Source of the DNA: Candidatus Krumholzibacteriia bacterium
Lineage (GTDB): Bacteria; Krumholzibacteriota; Krumholzibacteriia; WVZY01
DNA length: 41,474 nucleotides
Direction: 5' to 3'
Assembly (NCBI GenBank): GCA_036478295.1
Contig: JAZGDW010000214.1
Span: 1-41,474, forward strand
Within the stretch, counting starts at the first letter, position 1, and each line of letters starts with the position of its first letter. Under the pieces are notes generated by a model that was given only the letters and a program-made list of their open reading frames with translations, had not been told where the DNA came from and ran no database searches. The position numbers and the translations under genes are program-made. Below, in pieces: positions 26,409 through 36,592 of the stretch.

Positions 26409-28628
26409 TCACCTCGCGGGCGGCTGTACACGCACCACCACCGATTTGAACGCGGGCGTTCCTGAGGCCTCGTCGAGGCGGCGGGGCACGAGTTCGTTCG
26501 CCTCCGGGTAGTACATGGCCAGATTGCCGGGACGGATGTCCACGATCGCAACGGAAACCTCCAGGCGCCCCGTGTCGTTCGACACGGTCACGCGGTCGCC
26601 CTCCGCCAGACCGAGGCGCTCAGCATCCTCCCGCGCCATCATGACCACGTCGCGGCGCCGGTTGCCGCGGTAGATGTCCGCTTCCTCGTAGACCACGGTG
26701 TTGAACTGCCCTTCGGAGCGTACCGTCATCAGGCGAAACGCCGGCTCATCGCCACCGGCCCCTGGGCCATGCGGCGACAACTCCTGCGCGAAAGCGGGGA
26801 GCGGCGTCACGTGGAACTGCGCCTTGCCGCTTGGTGTGGCAAACTGCGGTTCGTGAAAGGTTCTTCCGTCGATCTGAAACTCCTCCTGTGTGCGGTCCAT
26901 CTCGCCGATCGCCTCGTAGCCGGGAACCACGCGCGCCATCGCTTCGCGGAGCTGCCGGTGGGAACGCATCGCCGACCAGTCGAACCGGTCCCGGGGGAGA
27001 ATGCGTTCGGCCAGCGACGCGATGATGTCGACTTCGGACCGCATCTCACCCTCCACCGAAGGCAATCCGCCATCGGAAAGGCGTACGAAGTTGAACATCG
27101 ATTCCTGGGTAGTCGTCTGCAACTCCTCGTCGCGAGCGAGCGCGGGCAGAATGAGTGAGGTCTTGCCGCGGCCGTGGATGTGCCCCTCGTTGAGCTTGGT
27201 GGACACGTAAACCGTCGTCCGTATGTTGCGCAGCGCCTCGGACGCCCACTTGCGGTCGGGGTTGCTGGCGAACAGGTTGCCACCGAGAAAGAAAGCGGCG
27301 CGCACCCGCCCGTCCGCCGCCGCCTGCATCGACCGATAGGTGTCCATGCCGGGCTTACCGGGGGGCGGGATACCGTACACCGCCTGCATCCTTTCCGCAA
27401 ACGCCTTCTTGAGTGACGGCGTCATCCCCATCGAGCCGATTCCCTGAACGTTCGAGTGACCGCGGATCGGCAGCAGCCCGCACCCGGGACTCCCGAGCCA
27501 GCCGCGGGCCAACGCCAGGTTGCTGAGCGAGAGGACATTATCGACCCCGTTGACGTGGTGTGTCAGTCCCATCGCCCAGCAGAAAATCCCACGCTTCGCG
27601 GTGAGCAGCATGTCCACGGCCTGCGTGATCGCCGCCCGGGACACCCCGCTTGCAGCGACGAGATCGTCCCAGGAAGCCGCGCTGACATCGTTCTTCACTT
27701 GTTCCCATCCATCAGTGTAATTATCTATATATTCGCTTGTTACACCACCAGCTTCGAGCACCCCTTTAAGCATGGCTTTGAATAGTGCCACGTCGCCGCC
27801 GATGTGGGGCTGCAGGTAAAGGTCGGAAATGTTCGAGCCGAATATGAAGCTTCGCCAGTCGGACGGTACGCGGAAGCGAACCAGGCCCAGCTCACGCAGG
27901 GGGTTGATGACGATGACCCGGCCGCCCCGGCGGCGGAGCCGCACCAGCTGCGTGATGAGCCGGGGATGATTGCTGGCCGGATTGGCACCGGCGATGACCA
28001 CCAGGTCGGTCTTGTCGAGATCATCCAGCGTCACCGACGCCGTCCCGGAGCCGTAGACCCGCGACAGCGCTACCCCGGACGCGGAGTGGCAGTAAAACGA
28101 GCAGTTGTTGATGTTCTGGGTGCCGAAGGCGCGGGCGACCACCTGCATGAGAAACGCCGCCTCGTTGCTCGCCCGCCCCGATGCGTAGAAAAAGGTCTCG
28201 ACCGGGCCAGCGTACTGAAACGCCCTCGCCGTACGATTGAGCGCCTCTTCCCAGGAAATGCGGCGCAGGTGCGTGTCGTTTTCTTCGACCACCATGGGAA
28301 AGGTGATGCGGCCAAGACGCTCGAGCTGAGCGGGGGTCGACGTTCTGAGACGGGCGATCGGATAATCGCGCAGAAGCGGTTCGGAGATCGAACCGCTCAT
28401 GTCGGCGGCCTGCGCCTGCAGGGACTTCTTGCACACTTCGGGAAAGTGTCCCGCCTCGTTGACCATGCCGCCCCGCTGTCCGCCCATGCCGAGCGCACAG
28501 GTCTTGCAGGTGTTACGCGATCGCATGCGACGGTAGAGACGGAGAAGGCCTCCCGCCTGTCGGCCCATGCGAAACGCATAGACAAGAGCGGCGAGGCCGC
28601 CTCCGGCGGAGACACGGGGTTTGGCCAT
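26409..28628 (-). CDS. FdhF/YdeP family molybdopterin oxidoreductase
   Basis: CKTCALGMGG, YASGRASNEA.F, NNCSFYCH..SG, PIRGHSNVQG and RSEGQFNT motifs. Confidence 0.9.
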   Translation of the reverse strand: MAKPRVSAGGGLAALVYAFRMGRQAGGLLRLYRRMRSRNTCKTCALGMGGQRGGMVNEAGHFPEVCKKSLQAQAADMSGSISEPLLRDYPIARLRTSTPAQLERLGRITFPMVVEENDTHLRRISWEEALNRTARAFQYAGPVETFFYASGRASNEAAFLMQVVARAFGTQNINNCSFYCHSASGVALSRVYGSGTASVTLDDLDKTDLVVIAGANPASNHPRLITQLVRLRRRGGRVIVINPLRELGLVRFRVPSDWRSFIFGSNISDLYLQPHIGGDVALFKAMLKGVLEAGGVTSEYIDNYTDGWEQVKNDVSAASWDDLVAASGVSRAAITQAVDMLLTAKRGIFCWAMGLTHHVNGVDNVLSLSNLALARGWLGSPGCGLLPIRGHSNVQGIGSMGMTPSLKKAFAERMQAVYGIPPPGKPGMDTYRSMQAAADGRVRAAFFLGGNLFASNPDRKWASEALRNIRTTVYVSTKLNEGHIHGRGKTSLILPALARDEELQTTTQESMFNFVRLSDGGLPSVEGEMRSEVDIIASLAERILPRDRFDWSAMRSHRQLREAMARVVPGYEAIGEMDRTQEEFQIDGRTFHEPQFATPSGKAQFHVTPLPAFAQELSPHGPGAGGDEPAFRLMTVRSEGQFNTVVYEEADIYRGNRRRDVVMMAREDAERLGLAEGDRVTVSNDTGRLEVSVAIVDIRPGNLAMYYPEANELVPRRLDEASGTPAFKSVVVRVQPPAR

Positions 28629-28728
28629 ACGGGACAGGCTAGCCTAAACCCGGACGGAGGTCAACGCGATCGCGTGGTTTTGCGGGACCACCGGAGCGTA
28701 CTTCGCCGTGAGCTCTCTCCGGGCTTTA

Positions 28729-29013
28729 TCACCGCGAGGCGGCATCGAGTACTGTGGTGCCACGCTCTTCCACTCCCCCCGGGGATGACGCGGAGCCGCA
28801 GTAAGCGCTCTGGCACCAGTTTCCCGGTGGCAGGAACTGGCTGGCCTTGACAGTGAAGGTCCCGCTGTTGTGGTTGGTCACCTGGAACCAGCTCCATTTG
28901 TAGCATGTGCCGCTGCAATCACAGCACACGACCGCTGTCATGTGTTTGGTCCAGTAGCAGGAAGATGGGCAGAAATACTCCCACCATCCGGTCTGGAGAT
29001 AAACGTAGTACAC
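28729..29013 (-). CDS. small Cys/Trp/Tyr-rich ORF, probably a gene fragment
   Basis: High GC at third codon positions; 8 Cys in about 60 aa; no clear RBS or signal peptide. Confidence 0.35.
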   Translation of the reverse strand: MYYVYLQTGWWEYFCPSSCYWTKHMTAVVCCDCSGTCYKWSWFQVTNHNSGTFTVKASQFLPPGNWCQSAYCGSASSPGGVEERGTTVLDAASR

Positions 29014-29098
29014 GGGCCCATTGCGTTGTACGGCCGCGTGCGAAAATAGTACATGGTGCGGGGTTAAGGTCGGCGATCGAACCGTTAAATTAATAGTA

Positions 29099-29114
29099 TG
29101 TGATTGATTTCACA
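29099..29114. promoter_or_regulatory. CRP-family binding site
   Basis: TGTGA-ttgatt-TCACA, a perfect match to TGTGA-N6-TCACA, in an AT-rich patch upstream of the fdhF-like and nap genes. Confidence 0.6.
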
Positions 29115-29166
29115 GATCGATTACGCAGAGCGCCATCGCGATCAGCCAGTGTCGTGGCTCGGTGGG

Positions 29167-29964
29167 CTACCACTCCACCCAGAAACCCACCACGGTCATC
29201 GCAACGTAAAAGAGGCCGTAGCCGAGCTCGGAAAACCCGATGCGTGTCGCCTTCGCCGAGCGGCGGAGCGGAGACAGGCCAAGAGCCGCCCGGGCGAACA
29301 GGACGCCGACCGCCACCACGGCCAGGCTCGGCGCCAACCCGCGCCAGGCGAGGAGCGCGACGACCGCCGTGAAGATGACATGGTTGATGATAACCGGGGC
29401 GGCACGGGTCGGCTTGCCGCGCTCGAGTCGCAAGCGCGCGCGCACGTAGAATATCGACGGGATGGTGCGCGCCGTGAGGATGATCCACAACGCGGACGCA
29501 CTCAGCCAGGACCATCCCGCGGCGACCGCGACGGCGGGGGCGATAGCGGCGAGTCCCAGCGGGCCGGCCAGCTCGGGCAGGAGGCGCCGCGCCTGTTTGG
29601 TGCTGTCGTAAAACAAGTAGACGAGAACCAGCGGCGCCATCACGAGCAACGGCAGCAGCGGGGTGGGCCCGGCGGCCGCCACCGCCAGCGCAAGACCACC
29701 CAGCGCAAACAGCGCGTACACGAGTGATATCTTCCAGGCCGCGCGGCCGCGTGGTGATTCCGCGAGTCGCCTGCGGTGTCGCCAGAAGAGTTTGACGGGG
29801 TGTCTCAGAAGAAAGGACGCCACGATCATGACCGACAGCCCGAGGCCGGCGGCTGTGGGCGCCAACAGCATCCCCAGGAGAATGGGCTCGAACAAGAACC
29901 CCCACCCGCCGTGTTCGACGGGAAAGGCGACTGTTCGCCAGGGAACGTGATCGTTGCTCGGCAT
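29167..29964 (-). CDS. YwiC-like membrane protein
   Basis: N-terminal FPVEHGGW motif, multiple TM, C-terminal RIGFSE. Confidence 0.75.
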   Translation of the reverse strand: MPSNDHVPWRTVAFPVEHGGWGFLFEPILLGMLLAPTAAGLGLSVMIVASFLLRHPVKLFWRHRRRLAESPRGRAAWKISLVYALFALGGLALAVAAAGPTPLLPLLVMAPLVLVYLFYDSTKQARRLLPELAGPLGLAAIAPAVAVAAGWSWLSASALWIILTARTIPSIFYVRARLRLERGKPTRAAPVIINHVIFTAVVALLAWRGLAPSLAVVAVGVLFARAALGLSPLRRSAKATRIGFSELGYGLFYVAMTVVGFWVEW

Positions 29965-30005
29965 GGTTCGATGCGCGGCGGCGGGAGTTGTACCGCCGCC
30001 CGTGG

Positions 30006-30611
30006 TTACGTTTTCTCCAGCGCGCGGCGGATCGCCTGCAGCTCGCCGAGCATGGCACCGAGTGTTTTCGCAGAAGCGGCGGCGGTGTCGCTCTCGACTT
30101 CGGCGGCCGTCGGCGACATGCCGCCCCGGAACCGGCGCAGCTCGCTGCCCACCATTTCGTAGACTTCCTGGACGTTGGGCAATCCAACGAGCCTTTCTTC
30201 AGCGCCCTTTGCACCGCTCATGCCCGCGGTCTGGATGTTCAACGTGCCGATGTTGAAAAACCACCGGTCGAAGATGTCACGCTTGGTCGCAATGTTGGTG
30301 ACGGTGCGGAACGGAACGTGCTTCACCGACTTGACCCAGATACCGACATGGACGATGACTTCGTCCTCTTTGACCTCGTAGTGCAAGCTGCGGTAATACG
30401 GTCCACACAGCGCCATCGCGATCATCCAGTACACAAAAGCGATTCCCAAACCCCAGGCCGTGAAAATCTCGGCCGGGCGCACGCCGTCATCGTGGCGGAT
30501 CGGCCACGCGGTCAGCAGGACGCACGCTCCGATCGCCACGGCGACCAGGGTGACGTTCAGCATCAGCTTGCTCAGGTACCGGGGGTTGGGTGTGAAGTTG
30601 CGGGTGCTCAT
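30006..30611 (-). CDS. bacterial PH-domain (bPH_2) membrane protein
   Basis: Two TM, then Y....DEVIV..GI......VPF..VTNI.....FDR.F.IG.L.IQTAG. Confidence 0.8.
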   Translation of the reverse strand: MSTRNFTPNPRYLSKLMLNVTLVAVAIGACVLLTAWPIRHDDGVRPAEIFTAWGLGIAFVYWMIAMALCGPYYRSLHYEVKEDEVIVHVGIWVKSVKHVPFRTVTNIATKRDIFDRWFFNIGTLNIQTAGMSGAKGAEERLVGLPNVQEVYEMVGSELRRFRGGMSPTAAEVESDTAAASAKTLGAMLGELQAIRRALEKT

Positions 30612-30707
30612 TTCGAATCCTTTTGGTAAAGACCGTCTTTATCTAATTACCCCGGGTCGGAGACCCTATTCAATGGGTATTTGATGGTACTTGACGGTTG
30701 GCGCCTC

Positions 30708-31331
30708 TCAACGCGCGGCAATAATCGTCGCGGCCAGGAAAATGCTGAGGTCGGCCGCCGAATGCGAGACGAGTACCACCCCGAGCCCCGCCTGCCGGCG
30801 GACGACCCAGCGCCACCCCCACGAGGCCAGCGCCAGGACGGCGACCGCCACCACGACCCATGGCGGCGTGACGAACAGCGCGAGGACCAGGACGTGATAG
30901 CCGGCGAACGCCGCATCGGTCCAGTGCGGGCGTCTTGCTGCGGGCACGAGGTAGCAACGCCAGCCGAGTTCTTCGAACAGCGGATGCAGGGTGACAAAGT
31001 ACACCCCGAAAACCAGCCAGGATGTACCCTCGAGTCCGAGACGCGACAGCGTCTCCTGCATCGTGGAGCCTTCGAGGCGTATGTACGGCCACAGTACGTA
31101 AATGAGAATGCCGCTGCCCACACAGGCGGTAACGCCAGCCACCGCCGCCCTCGCGTTCCAGCCAGAACGGACAGCGCGCCCCAGGCCGGAGGGGGTGTCC
31201 GCCACGAGGATCGCTGCCATCGTGCCGTGGTAGAGCAGGATCGCGACCCACGCGTTTTGCACCAGGTAGAGGCCGACGAAGATGGCCACATATGGAACCG
31301 CGGGAGCGAAGGAACGAAGTCTGGTTTTCAC
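30708..31331 (-). CDS. CPBP (CAAX/Abi) intramembrane glutamic endopeptidase
   Basis: PLFEELGWR, FAGYH and SHSAAD motifs; GTGA overlap with the upstream gene. Confidence 0.75.
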   Translation of the reverse strand: MKTRLRSFAPAVPYVAIFVGLYLVQNAWVAILLYHGTMAAILVADTPSGLGRAVRSGWNARAAVAGVTACVGSGILIYVLWPYIRLEGSTMQETLSRLGLEGTSWLVFGVYFVTLHPLFEELGWRCYLVPAARRPHWTDAAFAGYHVLVLALFVTPPWVVVAVAVLALASWGWRWVVRRQAGLGVVLVSHSAADLSIFLAATIIAAR

Positions 31332-32617
31332 GCGGATAGCTTCGCCATCGTTCGGCGTCCGAAATCGCTTTCGAACTGCGAGTTGCTATCATAGACGTAC
31401 CCGAAAGACTCCCGCCAGATGCTCGCCTTCTCCATGCACAGGTACATGAAGACCTGGTCGTGCCAACCGGCGAACGCCTCGCGCATGGTCCTGAACAGGC
31501 GGATCTTGACCGCATCCGGGTAAGTCAACTTGCCGTGCGGATCGGGGACGAGGTCGGCCTGCAGGATACGCGTGGGGTTACCGAGCTGCCGCACCTTGTG
31601 GATGACCGGCTTGATGAGGGTGATCGATCCGAAAGACACGAACGCGACCTCTTCGGGTCTGAAGCTGTCCATCAACATGGACGCCACCTGCGGATACTCC
31701 CTGTCCCATCCCTTGTAGTCGACCATGGGATGAAAGTGAAATGCGACTTTCATCCCACGATCGGCCACCGCGCGCGCCGCTCCGATGCGGCGATCGAGGT
31801 CGGCGGTGAAATGCTCCTCGTTCGCGATGACCACCGGTGTGTTGAGCGACCAGCTGCACACGACGTTCGGCGGTGCCTCGTTATCGATGAAGTAGCGCAC
31901 GTTGTCGGACTTGGTCTTGAACTCCAGCAGCACATCGGGGTGCTGCGCCGCAAACCGGCACAGTGCATCGAGGATACCGCCGCGGTTGCCCCAGGCCAGT
32001 GCATCGGATGCCTGGCCGGTACCGATATGATAGAAGCGGCCGGGCTCGATCAGCAACTCGTCGAGTTTTCGCGCGAAATCCGCGTCGAAGACGATGTTGT
32101 CGCGGTAAAAGGTCTGCACGCTGCAGTAGCTGCAACCAAACACACAGTTCTCTACCGCGTCGATGGTGTGCAGGTTGCAGCACACCGTCTTCTCGGAGGC
32201 CACCGGACACATGCCGAATATCTTCTTGTCCGATCTTTCGGTGACAATCGGCTTGTGCGCTCTCTGCACGGGCGTCGTAGCCCCCTCCAGCGAATAACCG
32301 ACCGGACGGCGCCTCAGCTCGGCGAGATGGGACTGCAGGTCCCGAAGTAATCGTTTCTTCGTCGCGGCACCCCTGCCGCCGCCCTCGCGGCCACGGGCCT
32401 CCGCGCGTGCGCCGCGCGCTTCATACCACTTTGCCAGCCCCCCCTGCCCCCAAAGCGACAGGTCGCGGGCAACCTCCGCCACCTGACGGAACTCCTGAAA
32501 TGTAAAGCGGTACGCAAACGCGAGGGTACGGATAACCTCTCGCTCCTCGCCGTCCAGCCTCTCATATAATGTGCGGTCCTTGAACGTCTCGAATTTTGGG
32601 GAATAGTCGAACGCCAT
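31328..32617 (-). CDS. spore photoproduct lyase-family radical SAM protein
   Basis: CVFGCSYC, GTGQASDAL, LEFKTKS, WSLN....I..EE and FHFHP...YLCME motifs. Confidence 0.82.
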   Translation of the reverse strand: MAFDYSPKFETFKDRTLYERLDGEEREVIRTLAFAYRFTFQEFRQVAEVARDLSLWGQGGLAKWYEARGARAEARGREGGGRGAATKKRLLRDLQSHLAELRRRPVGYSLEGATTPVQRAHKPIVTERSDKKIFGMCPVASEKTVCCNLHTIDAVENCVFGCSYCSVQTFYRDNIVFDADFARKLDELLIEPGRFYHIGTGQASDALAWGNRGGILDALCRFAAQHPDVLLEFKTKSDNVRYFIDNEAPPNVVCSWSLNTPVVIANEEHFTADLDRRIGAARAVADRGMKVAFHFHPMVDYKGWDREYPQVASMLMDSFRPEEVAFVSFGSITLIKPVIHKVRQLGNPTRILQADLVPDPHGKLTYPDAVKIRLFRTMREAFAGWHDQVFMYLCMEKASIWRESFGYVYDSNSQFESDFGRRTMAKLSA

Positions 32618-32803
32618 TGTCACATTGTGCCATCTCGTCCGGGATTTGCCAATGGGCTTCATTGCACGGCGCCTGCCAGTGCCTGCCAGTCAAACCGTGG
32701 CGACAATCCCGGGCTCTGGCGGAGACATGCGTCAAGCCCATCTACTCGTGCTGCCGCAGCGGCGATCGCCGCCTATCGCTCGAACACCGGGCTCAGCCGA
32801 TTG

Positions 32804-33550
32804 TCATCGGTGCTCGGGATTCGGGTGATCGAAACGGCAGCCGGCCTCCCACTTCGAGCGCTGGTTTCCGTGGGCGGGAATGCCGCCCGCGTCCTTGATC
32901 ATGCGCGCAAGGTGCAAGAGGTTCCAGGTCATGAAGGTGGTGTTGCGATTGGTGAACTCGTTTTCCGGCCCGCCCGAGCCGGGATCGAGGTACGACGGCC
33001 CGGGGCCCGCTTCGCCGATCCACCCGGCATCGGCCTGGGGCGGAATGACGTAGCCGAGGTGTTGTAACGAATAGAGGATATTCATTGCACAGTGCTTGAC
33101 CCCGTCTTCGTTGCCGGTAATGAGGCAGCCTCCCACCCTGCCGTAGTACGCGTACTGGCCTTCCTCGTTGAGATCCCCGGAGCTCGAGTAGAGCCGTTCG
33201 ATGACCTTGGTGCACACCGATGACTTCTCACCCAGCCAGATGGGCGAGGTGATGACCAGGATGTTCGCCGCCCCGACCTTTTGGTAGATTTCGGGCCACT
33301 GGTCGACCTCCCAACCGCGATCGGTCATGTCGGCATATACACCGTAAGCGATGTCGTAATCGACGGGACGCAGCACTTCGACCTGCATACCGTTCTTTTC
33401 CATGATCGCTCTTGAAATGCCGATGAGCCCCTCGGTATGCGACAGCTCCGGCGTTCGCTTGAGGGTGCAGTTGAGAAACAGGGCCTTGAGGTCCGAGAAA
33501 TCCCAGCGACTGGATTCGCACATTTCGAGCTGCTTCTTGTTGATCGTCAT
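32804..33550 (-). CDS. flavodoxin-family / NADPH-dependent FMN reductase
   Basis: NCTLK....SHT, SPIWLG..SS, GNEDG.KH and WIGEAGPGPSY motifs. Confidence 0.85.
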   Translation of the reverse strand: MTINKKQLEMCESSRWDFSDLKALFLNCTLKRTPELSHTEGLIGISRAIMEKNGMQVEVLRPVDYDIAYGVYADMTDRGWEVDQWPEIYQKVGAANILVITSPIWLGEKSSVCTKVIERLYSSSGDLNEEGQYAYYGRVGGCLITGNEDGVKHCAMNILYSLQHLGYVIPPQADAGWIGEAGPGPSYLDPGSGGPENEFTNRNTTFMTWNLLHLARMIKDAGGIPAHGNQRSKWEAGCRFDHPNPEHR

Positions 33551-34008
33551 GGGTAACTCACTTTCTTGACAAGTTGACACCGCTCCACGGCGCGGACGTG
33601 ATCCATCCACGGGCGGTGTGTATCCTCCATTCGCGGCGCCGGTCTTCGGGCGCGCGGGCGGCGGCACCTCGCATTCGCGGTGCGGCAATACAGGCATGCG
33701 GGAGCTGGGGCGACGGCATGACCTCTCGTACGACGCCCAGTATATAGTCCTTCGTGCCAGTGCTCAACTCGTTTACCTCTCCCATACGTGCGACGGTCAG
33801 ACGCTTTGCCCGCCGGGTTCAACGCCCAGGACACATGACTCGCCGGCAATCTCCTAACTCGCTCGCGAAAAAGCCCTTGAAAGGAGAAAACGGCGAGCTT
33901 ACCTTGCAGGGGGACGGGTTCGGGCCGCTGCGGGCCGGGCCTCGCACGACCCACGCGGGGCACGACGCCGTTGAACACGCCGGGCTGCACGTCCCGGAGG
34001 AAACGCGA

Positions 34009-34914
34009 GTGAAATCGACGATCAAGCGAATCATTCCCAAAGGCATCCGGCGCGGGGTCCGCAAAGTCGCACGGCGATTGGAACTGCGGCGAATGCGGGC
34101 GCGTAACCCGTCGGTCGCCAAATCCCAACTCGTGCGCGACCTGACCGCCCTGGGGCTGGAGACCGGGGATCTGCTCTACGTCCACAGCTCGCTACGTGCG
34201 CTGGGTTTTGTGGACGGCGGCGCCGATACCGTCATCGACGCCCTGCTCGACACGGTGGGCCCGGAGGGAACGCTCGTCTTTCCGACCTTCACACTGGTGC
34301 GTGGCATGAAAGAAACGCTCGAGGCGCGTGACCACGTCTTCGACCCGGAATCCTCCCCCTCAACGGTTGGCAAGATAACGAATTGTTTTCGCGCGAGGCC
34401 CGGCGTACGGCGTAGCGAGCACCCGACCCATTCGGTCGCCGCGCTCGGTCCCCTGGCGCGGGAACTCACGGAAACCCACCTGGAGGAGGGAATGAACTTC
34501 GGCAAGGGGACCCCGTTCGACAAAATCCTGCGGCACGGCGGCAAGGTCGTGGGACTGGGAGTGAACTTCAGCCCGATCACTTTTTATCACGTCTTCGAAG
34601 AGTTCAATCCGGAGAAGTTCCCGGGGGTATACCTGCCGCATGCGTTTCCCGCGAAGATAAAGGTGGGAGACAACATCCGGGAAGTGAAGGTCCGCTGTCA
34701 CGATCCCGTATTCCACCAACAGAGAATAGACAAGGTGCCCGCCATTGAGTCCTATTTCTCGTCGTACTATCACTCGGAGGGCGTGGCGCACGTGGGCAAG
34801 GTGGGTAACGGCAGTGCTCCGTCGTGGTGGATCCGCGCGGCGGATGTGATGCAGTGTCTCGACAAGCTGTACTCGCGGGGAATTACCATCTACAAGACAC
34901 CCAACCTGGACTGA
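34009..34914 (+). CDS. AAC(3)-family N-acetyltransferase
   Basis: GDLLYVHSSL, GTLVFPTF, RSEHPTHSVAA.G and TFYHVFE motifs; GTG start after GGAGGA. Confidence 0.85.
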   Translation: MKSTIKRIIPKGIRRGVRKVARRLELRRMRARNPSVAKSQLVRDLTALGLETGDLLYVHSSLRALGFVDGGADTVIDALLDTVGPEGTLVFPTFTLVRGMKETLEARDHVFDPESSPSTVGKITNCFRARPGVRRSEHPTHSVAALGPLARELTETHLEEGMNFGKGTPFDKILRHGGKVVGLGVNFSPITFYHVFEEFNPEKFPGVYLPHAFPAKIKVGDNIREVKVRCHDPVFHQQRIDKVPAIESYFSSYYHSEGVAHVGKVGNGSAPSWWIRAADVMQCLDKLYSRGITIYKTPNLD

Positions 34915-34998
34915 GCAAACCTCGTGGAACGCTCGCTACGGGTGTCCGAAGCTACCACACGCAGCGGAGGAGTGATCCACCAACAAGACGAGCGCGAG

Positions 34999-36078
34999 CT
35001 ATGCAGACAAGCGGTCTACACACGCGGATACCGGCTGAAAACTGACGACCCCTTCGTACCGGGTCCTGGCCACCTCGAAAAATTTCCTCAACTCCACCAG
35101 GTGATAATCGTAGGTGTCTTTCGGGTGCCCACTCATGCAGACGGTAAAGTCCTGGTTGCGGCAATCGTATCGTCGCAGGTAGGACGCGAGAGTCGTGAGC
35201 ATTGATTCGTGCGTGTCCGCCATGTCCAGCATGCGTGGAACCGACAGCTTCGTAAACTTGTTCTTGATCCTGGTGAACAGGCCCGGGGGCGGACCGATCT
35301 TGGTGACGGGATATCCGCGGATCTCTTGCGGGATGGTTTTCGCGCGCCGCTGGAGGCGCAGCTGGTTAATGGCGTGGTGCCACTGGGAGAAACTACCGCG
35401 GTAGGACGCGATCGAGATCACCAGCAGATCGTCTTTGCTCCCAGTATCCTCTCTAATACCGGTTTGCGGGTGCACAAACCAGGTCGGTTTATCCGGCACC
35501 TCTCTGAAATCCACGGTGTAGTCGGTGCGAAGCATCCGCAGCCCCGGCGTGACCGTGGTGTCGGCCCGGATGCCCTCAGCGAGAAGCGCCGCCACGAGCT
35601 CGGCTTCGGGTTGAAGCAGCCACCCGCCGGCACGAAACGCAACGCAGCGGTACTCCGGATTGTCTCCGCTCAGAAGATCTTCGAGGTACGCCTTGCCCCG
35701 GCGGATGAGCGCGCGGGCGCCTGCCGGGTCATTCTCGGTAAAACCGAGATCGTGCAGCGCGTGCGTCTGCGGTTTGAAGCGCCAGGACTCGTCCTCGTAC
35801 TCCGCTAATCTCCATTCGGGGTGAAGGTGCAGCTGGACGTCGTGTCCGGCGGCCGCCGCTTGTTTGATCTGGGCCTCGAACACATCGGCGTAGCCGGGTA
35901 CACTCAGCTCGCGGTGCCGCCACACCGAACAGATATCCGGAAAGAGCGTGGCCTCGATGTCGAACTCGGCCCATACCTCCAGCAGTTTCCGGGTGGGTTC
36001 GAAGAGAACCTCTTCCACGGGCAGGTGGTTCTTGCCAAGGTAGATTTCGTAGTCGGCGGTTGGGCAGATTGTCAGCAC
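34999..36078 (-). CDS. polysaccharide deacetylase-like (NodB fold) protein
   Basis: TADYE, GHDVQLHLHPEW, FRAGGW and GHPK motifs. Confidence 0.75.
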   Translation of the reverse strand: MLTICPTADYEIYLGKNHLPVEEVLFEPTRKLLEVWAEFDIEATLFPDICSVWRHRELSVPGYADVFEAQIKQAAAAGHDVQLHLHPEWRLAEYEDESWRFKPQTHALHDLGFTENDPAGARALIRRGKAYLEDLLSGDNPEYRCVAFRAGGWLLQPEAELVAALLAEGIRADTTVTPGLRMLRTDYTVDFREVPDKPTWFVHPQTGIREDTGSKDDLLVISIASYRGSFSQWHHAINQLRLQRRAKTIPQEIRGYPVTKIGPPPGLFTRIKNKFTKLSVPRMLDMADTHESMLTTLASYLRRYDCRNQDFTVCMSGHPKDTYDYHLVELRKFFEVARTRYEGVVSFQPVSACVDRLSA

Positions 36079-36106
36079 TGTCGGGTTCCGGCGTTGCGTG
36101 TGAGCG

Positions 36107-36583
36107 CTACTTCTTTGGCCGGGCTTTCTTCCAATCGATGCCCGTCACGATCTCGCGCAGTTCGTCCACACCCCTGCGCAGCGCTGCCAGTTTCGGCTTG
36201 GTGGTCTTTCTGGACAGTACACGGTGGAATTCACGCTGCCGTTTGATGAGACGCCCGAGTAGCCTCTTGCCTTGCGCGGTGAGTCCGACGAGCGGCGACC
36301 GCTCGTGATTCGGATTGTCCCGGTACACGACAAGCTGGTCTCTTACCAGCACATCCGTGATTCGTTGGACGCTCTGACGCCGGTGTCCGAACTCCCTCGC
36401 CAGGTCGGAGACCGTTTTCTTCTCACTGGAAACCGCACTCAGCAACTGCCAGCGCGCGAGTGTCTGCCCTTCCCGTTGCGCGATCACTTCCGCCGCGCCA
36501 CGGAGGACGTCGCCGAGCTCCGAGACACCCTCCACGAGCGCGGAGAGGATTCTCGCTTCTGTCATTCGAGGTTTCGTCGCCAT
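36107..36583 (-). CDS. MarR family transcriptional regulator
   Basis: T.ARWQLL, TVSDLAR..G..RQSVQR, NPNH.RS.LV.LT..G winged helix. Confidence 0.88.
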   Translation of the reverse strand: MATKPRMTEARILSALVEGVSELGDVLRGAAEVIAQREGQTLARWQLLSAVSSEKKTVSDLAREFGHRRQSVQRITDVLVRDQLVVYRDNPNHERSPLVGLTAQGKRLLGRLIKRQREFHRVLSRKTTKPKLAALRRGVDELREIVTGIDWKKARPKK

Positions 36584-36592
36584 GGTGGGAAC

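Noticed and set aside
33551..34008. Possible small gene or ncRNA in the 460-bp divergent gap (e.g. ORF 33558-33785)
   Set aside because: No RBS, motif or clear structure that I can support
34009..34914. Aminoglycoside resistance gene
   Set aside because: The AAC(3) fold is widespread and there is no mobile context; neighbours suggest cell-envelope modification, so resistance cannot be claimed
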